Positions 28,798 to 40,799 of a stretch of DNA of 64,000 nt are shown here, one piece after another. The notes under the pieces are model-generated. The model was given only the letters and a program-made list of their open reading frames with translations, was not told where the DNA came from and did not search any database. This DNA comes from the human T2T-CHM13v2.0 reference genome, Homo sapiens. Each line of letters starts with the position of its first letter. Within the stretch, counting starts at the first letter, position 1. A program made the translations under genes and the position numbers. The DNA lies in assembly GCF_009914755.1 (NCBI RefSeq), contig NC_060928.1; one strand, 5' to 3'.

Positions 28798-29879
28798 CTT
28801 CTATGTCTATTTCTTGTTTCATGGCAAACTGTGGGTGAGAAGCCCGTCCGCATGGCTGTGAATGGAGCAGGCCCTGGAACTCAACAGATTGGTCCCCAAA
28901 ATAATTCAGAAAATGTATACACTCTTGTTGATTAATACACAGTTAGATAGAAGGATCCAGAAGTAGCTTGGGTGCCAGCATCCTGTCAGCCCCAGGGCAG
29001 AGTGCCTGTCTCAAAGGCAGCAACCCCGGCTGGCGTGGCTGCAGCGTGGGCTCCTGTAAGGCTCTGCCCTGACTGCACTGCACTCAGGCCCTCTTGTCGG
29101 GAGCTGAGCGACGAGACACGCAGGACCGTCTCGCAGGACTGAGGGGTGCAGGAGAGCATTTGCCTACGACCCGCAGAGGGAAGGAACGAAGCAGAAGCCA
29201 CAGAAGAGAAAAAAGGGAAGGGGAGGGTTTAGCTGGTGGGAGCAGAAGGAGAGAGAAAGAGAGAGAGAGAGAGAGAGACAACACTAGACTCCCAGCTTCA
29301 TGAGGGAAGCGGCCAAGTGTGCCTTGTTCACGTCCACATGCCGGGAGATAAGCCGTGCCTGGCAGATGGAAGTCACTCCTTCAGAGTTTGTGGACTGATG
29401 GACAGACGGAAGAGAGAGCACAGAGCAGGCAGGGTGTCTGGAAGCCCCCCCGGGCCTGCAGCCTGCTGCTCCTGCAGATCTCTGAGGGGCTGCTGTTGCC
29501 ATCATCCACATGGCCCCTTCCAGCCTCCTCTGCAGACAAGATTCCTTCCTGCCTTCCTTGTTGTCCCGCAGCCTCTTACGGTCAACCTCATCATGTAAGA
29601 GACCTGGATGGTTTTCTGGTTCCTGACAGCTCAGAGACCCCAACAGAGAAATGGTCAAGAAAGAACAAAGTAAAAGTCCTCCACGAGCCAGAGATGACCA
29701 TTGTTTCCTCCTGAAAGCGTATTGTTCTGTGTTCTGCTTTTTAACACTAAACAAGTGAAATATTTCCACGCCACAAGTAGCCTTTCAAAATGCAATGTCA
29801 GTGGTTACATTTGGTTGCTCCATTCTTTAGGGTATCAGATGTTAGATGTTAGACATTCTGGTTTTTCTTGGAAGCTCGC

Positions 29880-30425
29880 TCTGTAAATAAATGATTCAAC
29901 TTCTGGAATCATTCATGTGAAGACCAACATTCATTTGCATGTCTGCGCCCTGTGGTCCACACAGACCTGCACATGAATGTTTTAGCTGCTTTATTCCTGA
30001 TTGCCAGACACCAGAAACAACCCAAATGCCCACCGATAGGAAAATGGGTCAACAAACTATAGGACAACACAATGGAATACTACTCACCAATAAAAGGAGC
30101 AAACAACCCATGAATGCAATACCATGGATGCATCGAAAAACATTTGCTAAATGACAGAAGCCAGGTGCAGATGGCCACACCTGTAATTCCATTTGTGTGA
30201 CGTTCACAAAAGGCAAAACTACAAGCTGCAAAGCAGATCAGCGCTGCCAGGGGCTAGGGATTGCGGCAGGGGATTGACCACAAAGGGTAGCATGGGTGAA
30301 CTTTTTGGAATGATGGGAAGCTTTTTTATTATGGGGGTGGTTACATGACTGTATACGTTTGGCAAAACTTATCCAGCTGTCTACCTTATAAGGATCAATT
30401 TTATTGTATGTAAAGTATACCCCAC
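29880..30425 (+). mobile_element. L1ME/MC-like 3' fragment
   Basis: gaatgttttagctgctttattcctgattgccagacaccagaaacaacccaaatgccc...ttattgtatgtaaagtatacc. Confidence 0.65.
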
Positions 30426-30427
30426 CT

Positions 30428-30745
30428 AAATCTGACCCGAGAAAAATAATAATGTAATGTAGAATATTCCTTTTATGGATCTCTATTTGAATATCTATGA
30501 GTATATCCTTTGGATATATTTCCAGAAGTAGAATCATCGGATCCAAGTGCATGAACATTTTAAAATCACACGTGTATTTTTACAAGGCCTTCTTTGGAGG
30601 CAGTGCTTTAAAGGAGTGTCCACGGGGCTTTCAGGAATCCTGGCACATGGAAGGGAGCAACCACGAGTGTTTTGCAGAAGTGAGGGAGGGCAGTCCTGTT
30701 GCTGCCTCTTACATCCCACCACAAAACATAGGCGACTATAGGACC
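30428..30745 (-). repeat. Right arm of a 318-bp inverted duplication
   Basis: Mirror ORFs 28503..28691(+) and 30534..30722(-) both read MVGCKRQQQ...KNTRVILKCSCTWI. Confidence 0.95.
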
Positions 30746-30997
30746 TCTCTGCTTCCTGACCTCTGAAGTGTCAGGAATAAGCTGCCTCATTGACTCCCAT
30801 CACTCCACCCCAAAGGCCAGAGCTCAGCACTGCCCAGCGTGGTACAATTGAACTTCCTGCCATGGCGGGAACTGTTCTGCATCTGTGCTGTCACATACAC
30901 TAGCCACAAGTCACTACTGAGTACTGGAAATGTAGTTAGTACAAATGAGAACCTGAATTTATTTTTTTCAAGTTTTGTTAATTAAAAATTAAATTTA

Positions 30998-31307
<310 letters not shown>

Positions 31308-31325
31308 ATTTAAATAGCCACATAA

Positions 31326-31630
31326 GACAGGGCACAGTGGTTCATAGCCTGTAATCCCAGCACTTTAAAAGGCTAAGGCAAGAGGATTGCTTGAGGCTAA
31401 GAATGTGAGACCAACCTGGGCAACATAACAAGATTCCCATTTCTAAAAAATAATTTAAAAATTAGCTGGGTGTGGTAGTGCATGCCTGTAGCCCGAGCTA
31501 CTTAGGAGGCTGAGGCAGGAGGATCACTTGAGCATGGGATGTTGAGAGAGCAGTGAGCTATGGCCACACCACTGCACTCCAGCCTGGGCAACAGAGCGAG
31601 ACCCTGCCTCTAAAAAATGAATAAATAAAT
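31326..31630 (+). mobile_element. AluJ
   Basis: Diverged dimer; approximate TSD aaatagccacataa / aaatagccagatga. Confidence 0.88.
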
Positions 31631-32199
31631 AAATAGCCAGATGAAGCTAGTGGCTACCATACTGGACAGTGCAAGTCTACAACTCTAGACTTGCAGGAGA
31701 AATGGAAGGACCAATAAGTAGCTTGGCAGCCAGCATCCAGTGAGCCAGCTATAGGGCCCACTCTGACTCTCTCTAACCTTGCTGTGAACACTGGGCCTTC
31801 TGCCTTATACCCCAGTACCAGGAAACAGAGTCCTGTTTTGCTCCTCATGCTGGAGTATCTGCCTCAGTTCCCTGCCCCTGCTCCAGAGCTCCTGCCCTGC
31901 TCCCTACACCCTTCCCCGGAACGGGAATCCTGACCTTAGACCCCTTTGCAGGTTTGATGCCAGTGCTCCAGGTAACATCTGGATGCACCTGGCATCCGCC
32001 TCTGGCCCTCTCGGGCTGTCTGCCTCCTGCCTGTATGGGTTTCCACATTCTTTGCTGCCAGGACTTGCCTCTGTGGGAGCGTGGATGGTTCAATCAGCAT
32101 TGGAAGCAGGATCTCTATGGTGGGTAAAAAAAGCTGCACCTCAACCCTTGCCACTGTCACTTATTACACTTGCAAAGAGATGTGAGGATCTGGTGGCAA

Positions 32200-33070
32200 C
32201 TCTGACTTCAAATAGCTCACACAGCCTTTAAAAGCTCCGAGTGATCTGCCTGCCTTCACCTGTCTCGAGAGCTTCAGCTACTCCCCAGCCTCCAAAAATC
32301 CCCAAATCTCTCGCCAAGTTGGACTGAGCTCCACTCCTCCATTTCCAGCAACCTGGACATCCCTACTAAATTTTCCACATGTGCCTCCAGCCCACAAGCC
32401 TCAACACAGAACTCTCAGCTCCCTCAGAAGCACCCGTGCAATCTCCCAAACTGGCAAGCTGAGAGTCATCCCTCCTCCCTGTCTTCCTCCATCCCCAGCC
32501 AGCTGGTCCCCAAACCCATAGACACTGGGTCAGAAATAAGATTTGGGCATCCTGCCTGACTGTCTCTGAGGCTTCCACCTACTCCCTGGGCTTATTGCAG
32601 CCCTCCACCAACAGACTTCCTTGCCTCCAGCCTCCAGCCTCCACCTCTCCTGCCCTCCACTCTGCCGCAGGGTTGCCTTCCTGAGACCAATCTGTTTAAG
32701 GCCATCAAAGGATCCATTCAAACCCTGCAGCCCTCAGTGTCTGACCTGCAGGCCAACTGTGCAGTTCTTCTCCCACCAGCCTCCCAGCTGCAAGCCCTCC
32801 AGCCACTCTCCAAGGTGTGCCTGCTGCACCCTTCACACTCTGTGCCTGATGCTAGCGTGCCTCCCTTTCTGGCAAGCTCACTCATCCTTTGAGGCCCTCC
32901 AGGAAAGTTTCCCCAGCACAGCCACATCTCTTTCCCCCAGCAGCCACATCTCTTAAAGCCCTTGCACAATTTTTCATTTCTCCACGAGTGTGAGTGCCTC
33001 CCACTAGACCCTGAGTTCCTAAAGGGCAGGAATCCAGACGACAGGCTGATGATTAAGTGTGGGCTAGTAG
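32200..33070. mobile_element. L2 fragments
   Basis: cctggacatccctactaaattttccacatgtgcctcc..., ctagaccctgagttcctaaagggcagga resemble the L2 3' region. Confidence 0.5.
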
Positions 33071-33219
33071 TGGGGGTGCCCAGAGCTGTGGCTCCCATGG
33101 GACCCTAGAAACTAGACATTAAGTAATAAAAATGGCTTTGGATCGTTACAGTTAGGAGCCTACCCCGAAAGACGCCTAGCATCCTGTTTCTCCGCATCAT
33201 CCTCAAAGAACCGTCTCCA

Positions 33220-33560
33220 TGGATCTGACTCAGCAGTGGTCCCAAGCACAGGTCTGGGGCGGCTCCCGGGAGATGTGTGCCCGCTCACCCACCCTCCCGA
33301 GACCGTCCTGCAGTTCAATCACGCTCTGCATCTATTCTAGGCCACGCTCATTTCCTGTGGTGGAAATTGGTTTTTGACAGTGTTCCTTTCCCATTTAATC
33401 TCTCCATGTTAATTACAGCCAATCCTCTTAGCTCAAGGATGGCTCTTCCTCTGTGTCAGACGAGTGGCTCTGCCAGCACACAAGCCCCGCCCCTTCAGGA
33501 AGCCCCGCCCCTCCACGGCCCACCGGGCAGGAAGCTTCCCACTGTGGCTGACTCTTCCCC
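33220..33560. promoter_or_regulatory. Candidate promoter/enhancer: AP-1, CCAAT, two GC boxes, ETS sites
   Basis: tgactca ~33226, agccaatc ~33417, gccccgcccc at ~33484 and ~33502, caggaag twice; GC-rich and not recognisably repeat-derived. Confidence 0.5.
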
Positions 33561-34999
33561 GCACCTGCACTCCGGGAAGGATGTGCAGGGACGCAGCCCT
33601 CCAGATGGGCTTTGCAAACCAAGGGGACACCTAGTGATAAAAGGGATGAAAAGCAACCGTGACAGGCCCAGAATGTTCTTTTGAGTCTTTCCTTTTTCTT
33701 TATTTTTCAGGGTTTGTAAAATGTATTGTTTAGGATGAAGCACTACAGATCAGAGCCTCACCACGTGTTTTCGATCTGGTGTTTCTAGGGAAATTGGCTT
33801 TGATCGCCGTTTCAACTGCATTGGATCTATGAGGGCGTATTTAAAAACAAAACAAAAAAGCTTCTTTTCAGAATTCTCCATCATCATCCTTAAAACGTAT
33901 TTTTAGACATCTTATAATTTGCAGGGCACGGTTAGTACTTGGCAAAATAGAGGCAACAAGAAGTTGGGGAAGGAATCTCAGCTCGTGTTCAGAAACTGCA
34001 GTTTCGTTCCGGCCCCATGGCATGTCTCTGTGGCTTTGGGAAAGTCAGCCATCTCTCTGAGCCTCAGTGTCCTTAGCTGTCACATGAGGCTATGGAACTA
34101 CAGGATCTAACATTGTATAAATGGGTGATAAATAGTCTTGCAATTGATTATTATATAGACGTCTTGGGGGCTGGTAGAAATGAGAGGGGCTGGAGGTGGA
34201 AGAAAAACAGAATTTGTCCTTGGTAACCTTTCTGGTGCATGAGCACTAGTCATGTGGGGACCAGGGAATGGACACCCGTTTCCATTTTGCAAGGCTACCT
34301 ATGAATTATGCATGTCGTACACACAGGCAAAAGGGATGGATAATTACCAGTTTGACCTCTGAGAAGAGAGACACTGGGTGAAAGGAATGTTGTTTGCTAG
34401 AAAGGGTAGAACAGGGGGTTTTCAGATCTGTTTAATAAAGGAACTTTACTAATCATCTAGTCTACACCCACCCACCTAATAGACAAATAAAGCAACACTC
34501 AGAGTGATTTAAGTGATTGGATCAAGAGCACACCATTAGTGGTAAAGTCAGAGGAGTCCAGTGCTAGGAAAAGCCATTCTAAATAACAAGAAACCCATGG
34601 CTTTTACAACCAACTCATGTGATGCTAGACAGTCTGGTTTCCACATCAATGTTGACAAAAGTCATGTAAAGCAACGTAAAAATGTGACAAATGTTACCAA
34701 CCATTGTCTGTGCATGCTTCAGTCATGCGCAGAGCCTTGGATATCCTTGAGAGAGCAGAAGAGAGACATGGTACCTAGGTCCCCAGGGAGAGGGAGAGGC
34801 AATTCTTGGGATGCTATTTGTTTCTTGGACACAGAGTCTAACCAAGGACCGAGGCCCGTGTCCTCTAGAATTTTGGACTAAGTCACAAAACTTTTTATTT
34901 TAAAATTTCTAATATTTGTATCCAACAAATAGAATGCCTATACCACTGAACTTTTCTCCCCAAGTTTTTGCATAATGAAAGAGGTCAACATTACTAGCC

Positions 35000-35425
35000 T
35001 CATCTCTTCACTCTCCTCCTCCCTCACCTTCCACTTGCTGGTAGCCTCCTTGTCCCTCCCTGAAGATGGCAACCACAGCGTCTCCGCACCTCAGCACCTA
35101 CACACAGGCTGCTCCTCTGCTCAGGATACTCCAGAATCTACCCCATCCACTTCTCGGTCATCTTCAAGTTTCTGCTCAAATATCATCTTCACTGGAGGCC
35201 TTCCCTGACCATCCTATCTAGGATACAACCCCACTCCTGGTTCCTTTTCCTTTGCATTTTTTTTTCCTTGACACTCATCACCTTCTAATATTTTCAGTTT
35301 TGTGTGTCTCCCTTCAAGTGTGTAACCTTCATGAAGATCAGGGCTTGGCTCTGTTTTGTTCCCTGTGATGCGCACAGGTCCCAGCATGGTGTCTGCCAGA
35401 TAGCGCTGGATGAATATTTTTCTGA
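35000..35425. mobile_element. L2 3' fragment
   Basis: ctcaaatatcatcttcactggaggccttccctgaccatcctatcta...cccagcatggtgtctgccagatagcgctggatgaatattt. Confidence 0.65.
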
Positions 35426-36813
35426 GTGCACACAAGCTTTTCTTCACTTTCTGGTTTTTGTTCCTGCTTGCCTCTGCCTTCTAATCTCTTTCCCAGACTT
35501 GCTCAAGTCTCACCCCCTAACTAGAAGTGGATTCATTAACTTCACAGCTAAAAGAGCATCGTTTCCAGTGTCCTCACTTGAGAAAACCAAAAAGGCTAAC
35601 GGCACAGACCCAGGACTTGAACTTGGATGTTATGTTGCCTCCCAGCCACGGCTCTCCCCACAGTCCCGGATTCCTCCAGCCTGGTGTGCACCTTCCTTCT
35701 TCCCCCAGGTCTGGCCCTGTCTACCTGTATGTGCCACGCCTTCTTACACCTCATCTGAGCAACGCTGAATCCTGATTCTGCCACAACTTAAGCATGTGGC
35801 CTTGGACAAGTGACTTAACTTCTCTCGGCCTTGGGCTTCTGCCTTCTCAAGGGAAGAGTAACATCTACCTCAGAAGATGTTCACAAGGCTCAATTAAAAT
35901 GAAGGAAGCACAGCCCTCTCCTGGCCAAGGCTCAGTGCCTGGCTGTTCCTTTTCCTTTCTCTGGCTTGTGCGGAGATGGTCATTTGCTCAACAGAAATGT
36001 TAAGTTTCTCAAGGTCTCTCTGTTGTCCCCATCCCCAGGCCTAAGCTCCTAGAAGACAATGAAGAAATCCTTGGGGAATGAAAATGAGTTTTAAAGGGAG
36101 GATGGCAGGAAGAAGGGCCTCTATAAGGTGGGCATCTCACTATCAGGGCTGGCTCATGGATTCTAGCTTGCAGGCCTGGCACCCCTTAAGATTAATGATG
36201 AAGATGAACAAGGCCTCCAAGAGGCCAGGTAAGGCAACATGAGACATTTTCCACCTTTCTCAGGGGGCAGCTTGTTGGCAAAACATCTCAATTTCAAAAG
36301 TCACCCTCAAGGTAATGGAGCAGGAATCCTGATTTCCTTAGAGACTACCATGATGAGCATTTCTCAAAGTCCGCTCTTCAGTATTTAAAAAGAAAAAAAC
36401 AAGCGAGGGTGTTCTGTGATTTTTAAATGGTTTACAAAATACTAGGTTAAAGAGTTACCCAACTGCATTTATGCAGGACTTCTCAGAGACTTTGCCAAGT
36501 TTATGTACATTATGACTCTCCAAGAGGGATGGAGGTATATGCACGCTGAAACAGTTTCCCAGTGTATTCGGTCAAGATACCCTTTCTTTACAAGGAGCAG
36601 CTGTTATGCTATACACCACATTCTATGGAAATCCAGCTCTAGACAAACTCAGATTGGGGCATAAAAGCTGAACCTGGAGAAATGAAGTGGCTTAGCCAAG
36701 GTTAAACAATGAATGGCAGAACCAGGGCCGCAATCCACTGCCTGGTGTGATTCCCAGTGCTCTCCCTTCTACATGGCACTGAGGTTGGTGAAGGCCTTCA
36801 AATCAGACCAGCT

Positions 36814-37491
36814 CTAGTGACAGAGTCTGGGGTTTTCACTGGAGAAAATAAACTGGCATGAAATGTAACCAGCGAGATGGCTTACTAGTGATAAGAAAGT
36901 GTGCATGTGAGTGTGTGTGAGTGTGAGTGTGCGTGTGAGTGTGGATGTGTGAGTGTGCATGTGAGTGTGAGTGTGAGTGTGCATGTGTGTGATTGTGGAT
37001 GTGAGTGTGCATGAGTGTGCATGTGAGTGTGTGAGCGTGAGTGTGCGTGTGTGATAGTGTGAGTGTGCGTGAGTGTGTGCATGTGTGGAGTGTGCACGTG
37101 TGTGAGTGTGCCCGTGAGTGTGTGCATGTGTGTGAGCGTGAGTGTGCATGTGTGATAGTGTGCGTATGCGTGTGTGCATTTGAGTGTGTGGAGTGTGCAC
37201 GTGTGTGCCCGTGAGTGTGTGCATGCCTGTGTGAGTGTGCATGTGAGTGTGCGTGCGTGTGTGCATGTGTTTGTGTTTTGCAGGAGTAGCAGCAACAGCA
37301 CTGAAAGACCTATTCCCACTCAAGATGGTTGTATGGTCCCTGCAAGCTCTGGTGAAGGAGGATCTCCCCCAGCCCTCCCCTGGCTTTACCTGTTTCCGGG
37401 AATGGTGGGTGATAAACTGAGCTTTCATCAATGGTGAGTGCACACCCTGGCCCAGTGTGGAAGGCTGAGTACAGCCCCTAAAGATACGCAT
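36814..37491 (-). other. 225-codon His/Thr-rich ORF of uncertain coding status
   Basis: ATG at 37491 (GAGGACATGC; the track start at 37533 is TTG); core is encoded by the CA-rich repeat; no recognisable domain. Confidence 0.2.
36898..37272. repeat. Degenerate (TG)n/(TGAG)/(TGCA) low-complexity tract
   Basis: About 370 bp of gtgtgagtgtgcatgtg-type sequence. Confidence 0.95.
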
Positions 37492-37924
37492 GTCCTCATC
37501 CCCAGAACCTGTACATGTCACCTTATATGGCAAAAGAGACTTCGCAGATGTGATGAAGTTGAGGGTTTTGAGATGCAGAGATGCTCCTGATTATCCAGGT
37601 GGGCCCAGTGTCATCACAAAAGTCCTTGTGGGGAGGTGGGGGAGATCTGATCACAGAACAGGAGTAGGGACTGTGATGATGGTAGCAGAGACTGGAGGGA
37701 CAGTTTGAAGGCAGAAGAAGGGGCCACAAGTGCAGGAATCAGGGTGACTGCTAGAAGCTGAAAGGGCAAAGCGATTCTGCCCTGGAGGCTTCAGAGGAGG
37801 CCAGTCCTGCCAACACTTCTACTTTAGCTCCATGAAACCGATTTTGGACTTCTGAATAAATTTGTGTCATTTGAAGCTACCAAGTTTGTGTAATTTGCTA
37901 CAGAAGCAATAGAAAATGAATACA
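37456..37924 (+). mobile_element. MLT1D-like solo LTR
   Basis: tgtggaaggctgagt...gtcctcatccccagaacctgt...ccttatatggcaaaagagacttcgcagatgtga...agcaatagaaaatgaataca. Confidence 0.85.
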
Positions 37925-38687
37925 TGCAGTATGATGAGAACATTCCCAGTCCACTCTGAGAAGGTTGTGCCGCCCAGATGAGTGCTGGTGACAGGGAGCC
38001 CGGGGTGGTGTGACAGGCTCATGTATGCAGCTGGGTCACCCCACATTCTGGGAACCACCCAGAGGTTTGCTCCGAGCATTGTCCTCGGTCACAGCTTCCT
38101 ATGGAGAGAGTGGGGCCACATCAGTCTCCCACTCAGAGGTAAAGACATCTGTGTCTCCTGCAACGTCATCAGTTTGTCCCTGTGGCAAGCAGCAGGGAGT
38201 GACTGATTTGTGACACCACGCCTTACCTGTGTGACTTTCAATGATTGTTTTCCTAGGCAGCATTGCAGCTGAGCCGTCGGGCAAATGAGAGCCAAGCAAG
38301 TTGGAGCTGCCCGGGAACTGGATGTGCTTGCTTAGAAAACATTTCAACATTTCCAAGGGTATAGTTTCTCCCACATACTCTGGAACGCTTGGAAACCACT
38401 TTAATTAGCATTGTTTGCCTGTCTGGCTGCCTTGGGTCTTTGGTTTGCTGAGGGCTGCATGGAGGCTATGCCCTCCTCTCCAGCCCCTGCGTTGGGAAGT
38501 CACAGGAGACCGGAGCTGCGCACGACATCACAGCGCCGAATTCTGACCCAATCTGAATCAAATGTCACCCATACCCTGTCTTCAACAAACAAAAGAGCAA
38601 CGAAGCCAGAGACATCATCTTCAGCTGCCTTGGCCTGTAAGGAATTCATTCTGACTTGAGAGGTGCTTTAACACTTTCACATGTAAT

Positions 38688-40068
38688 TGTGTCCAGAATT
38701 GGTGGGTTCTTGGTCTCACTGACTTCAAGAATGAAGCCGCGGACCCTCGCGGTGAGTGTTACAGCTCCTAAGGTGGCGCGTCTGGAGTTTGTTCCTTCTG
38801 ATGTTCAGGTATGTTTGGAGTTTCTTCCTTCTGCTGAGTTCGTGGTCTCACTCGCTCAGGAATGCAGCTGCAGACCTTCACGGTGAGTGTTACAGCTCTC
38901 AAGGCAGAGCGCCTGGAGTTGTTCGTTCCTCCCGGTGGGCTCGTGGTCTCACTGGCTTCAGGAGTGAAGCTGCAGACCTTCGCAGTGAGTGTTACAGCTC
39001 ATAAAAGCAGTGTGGAGCCAAAGAGTGAGCAGTAACAAAATTTATTGCAAAGAGGGAAAGAACAAAGCTTCCACAGTGTGGAAGGGGACCCCAGCGGGTT
39101 ACCAATGCTGGCTCGGGCAGCCTGCTTTTATTCTCTTATCTGGCCCCATCCACGTCCTGCTGATTGGTAAAGCCGAGTGGTCTGTTTTGTCAGGGCGCTG
39201 ATTGGTGCGTTTACAATCCCTGAGCTAGACACAAAGGTTCTCCAAGTCCCCATCAGATTAGTTAGATACAGAGTGTCGATTAGTGCACTCACAAACCTTG
39301 AGCTAAACACAGGGTGCTGATTGGTGTGTTTACAAACCTTGAGCTAGATACAGAGTGCTGATTGGTGTATTTACAATCCCTGAGCTAGACATAAAGGCTC
39401 TCCAAGGCCCCACCAGACTCAGGAGCCCAGCTGGCTTCACCTAGTGGATCCTGCACCAGGGCTGCAGGTGGAGCTGCCTGCCAGTCCCGTGCTGTGCGCT
39501 CGCATTCCTCAGCCCTTGGGTGGTCGATGGGACTGGGCACCGTGGAGCAGGGGGCGGCGCTCATCAGAGAGGCTCGGGCCGCACAAGAGCCCGTGGAGGG
39601 GGTGGAAGGCTCAGGCATGGCGGGCTGCGGGTCCTGAGCCCTGCCCCCCCGGGAAGGCAGCTAAGGCCCGGCGAGAAATCAAGCGCAGCGCCGGTGGGCC
39701 GGCACTGCTGGGGGACCCAGTACACCCTCCGCAGCCCTTGGCCCGGGTGCTAAGTCCCTTATTGCCCGGGGCCAGCAGGGCCGGCCGGCTGCTCCGAGTG
39801 CGGGGCCCGCCAAGCCCACGCCCACCCGGAACTCCAGCTGGCCCGCAAGCGCCGCACGCAGCCCCGGTTCCCGCTCGCGCCTCTCCCTCCACACCTCCCT
39901 GCAAGCTGAGGGAGCGGGCTCCCGCCTTGGCCAGCCCAGAAGGGGGCTCCCACGGTGCAGTGGTGGGCTGAAGGGCTCCTCAAGTGCCACCAAAGTGGGA
40001 GCCCAGGCAGAGGAGGCGCCGAGAGCGAGCGAGGGCTGTGAGGACTGCCAGCACGCTGTCACCTCTCA
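38688..40068 (-). mobile_element. LTR12C (ERV9) solo LTR, full length
   Basis: Minus strand starts tgagaggtgacagcgtgctggcagtcctcacagccctcgctcgctctc and ends aattctggacaca; CpG-rich 5' part; ~40-bp U3 repeats; flanks taat / aaat. Confidence 0.95.
39127..39365 (-). promoter_or_regulatory. LTR12C U3 promoter: four CCAAT boxes, GATA, AATAAA TATA-like box
   Basis: attgg at ~39163, 39201, 39320 and 39361; cttatc 39135-39140; tttatt 39127-39132. Confidence 0.75.
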
Positions 40069-40501
40069 AAATCACTACCTGCGCCTCAGATTTGACAGTG
40101 AAGTGTTAGGGGTTAGATTATGCAGTGTCAGGGCAGGCTATATGGAAGTGATAATGATGTCATAAATGACAAGTTGCATTTCTTTCTTCCAATGACATAC
40201 TTGCAACTTAATTGCCTTTTTATTTCCCCCAATCCACAGATTTGTTAAACTATTCTATCAGATGAATATTTTGCTTATGTTTTATGCAAAAGAGGACTCA
40301 CAGAATCTGAAATGTGAAACACAGGAAACTGACGTTCAATGGGCAGGCTACACAGAGGCTGGTGCAAAGCCATCACCTCTAAATTAGAACTAAATTACTA
40401 AATTATAACTAAAACTATAAAATAGACTCAGGCTGTTGAAACCATTGAAAGCAGCACACGGCATTGTTAAAGTCATCAACTACTATATTTATTAAGTGTT
40501 T

Positions 40502-40786
40502 TTGGGTTTTGTTTTTCTTTTTGAGACAGGGTCTCACTCTGGCACAATCTTGGCTCACAGCAACCTCTGCCTCCCAGGTTCAAGTGACTCTCCCACCTCA
40601 GCCTCCTGAGTAGCTGGTACCACAGGCACACATCACCTGTGTGCCTGGCTAATTTTTGTATTTTTCCGTAGAGACAGGTTTCACCATGTTGGCCAGGCTG
40701 GTATCCAACTCCTGACCTCAAGTGATCTTGCCCACCTCAGCCTCCCAAAGTGCTGGGGTTACAGGTGTAAGCCACCACACCCAGAC
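40502..40786 (-). mobile_element. AluS with small internal deletion
   Basis: Antisense dimer; TSD tattaagtgttttt. Confidence 0.9.
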
Positions 40787-40799
40787 TATTAAGTGTTTT

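Noticed and set aside
39444-40062. CpG island and GC-rich ORFs as a gene start
   Set aside because: This is the CpG-rich 5' part of LTR12C
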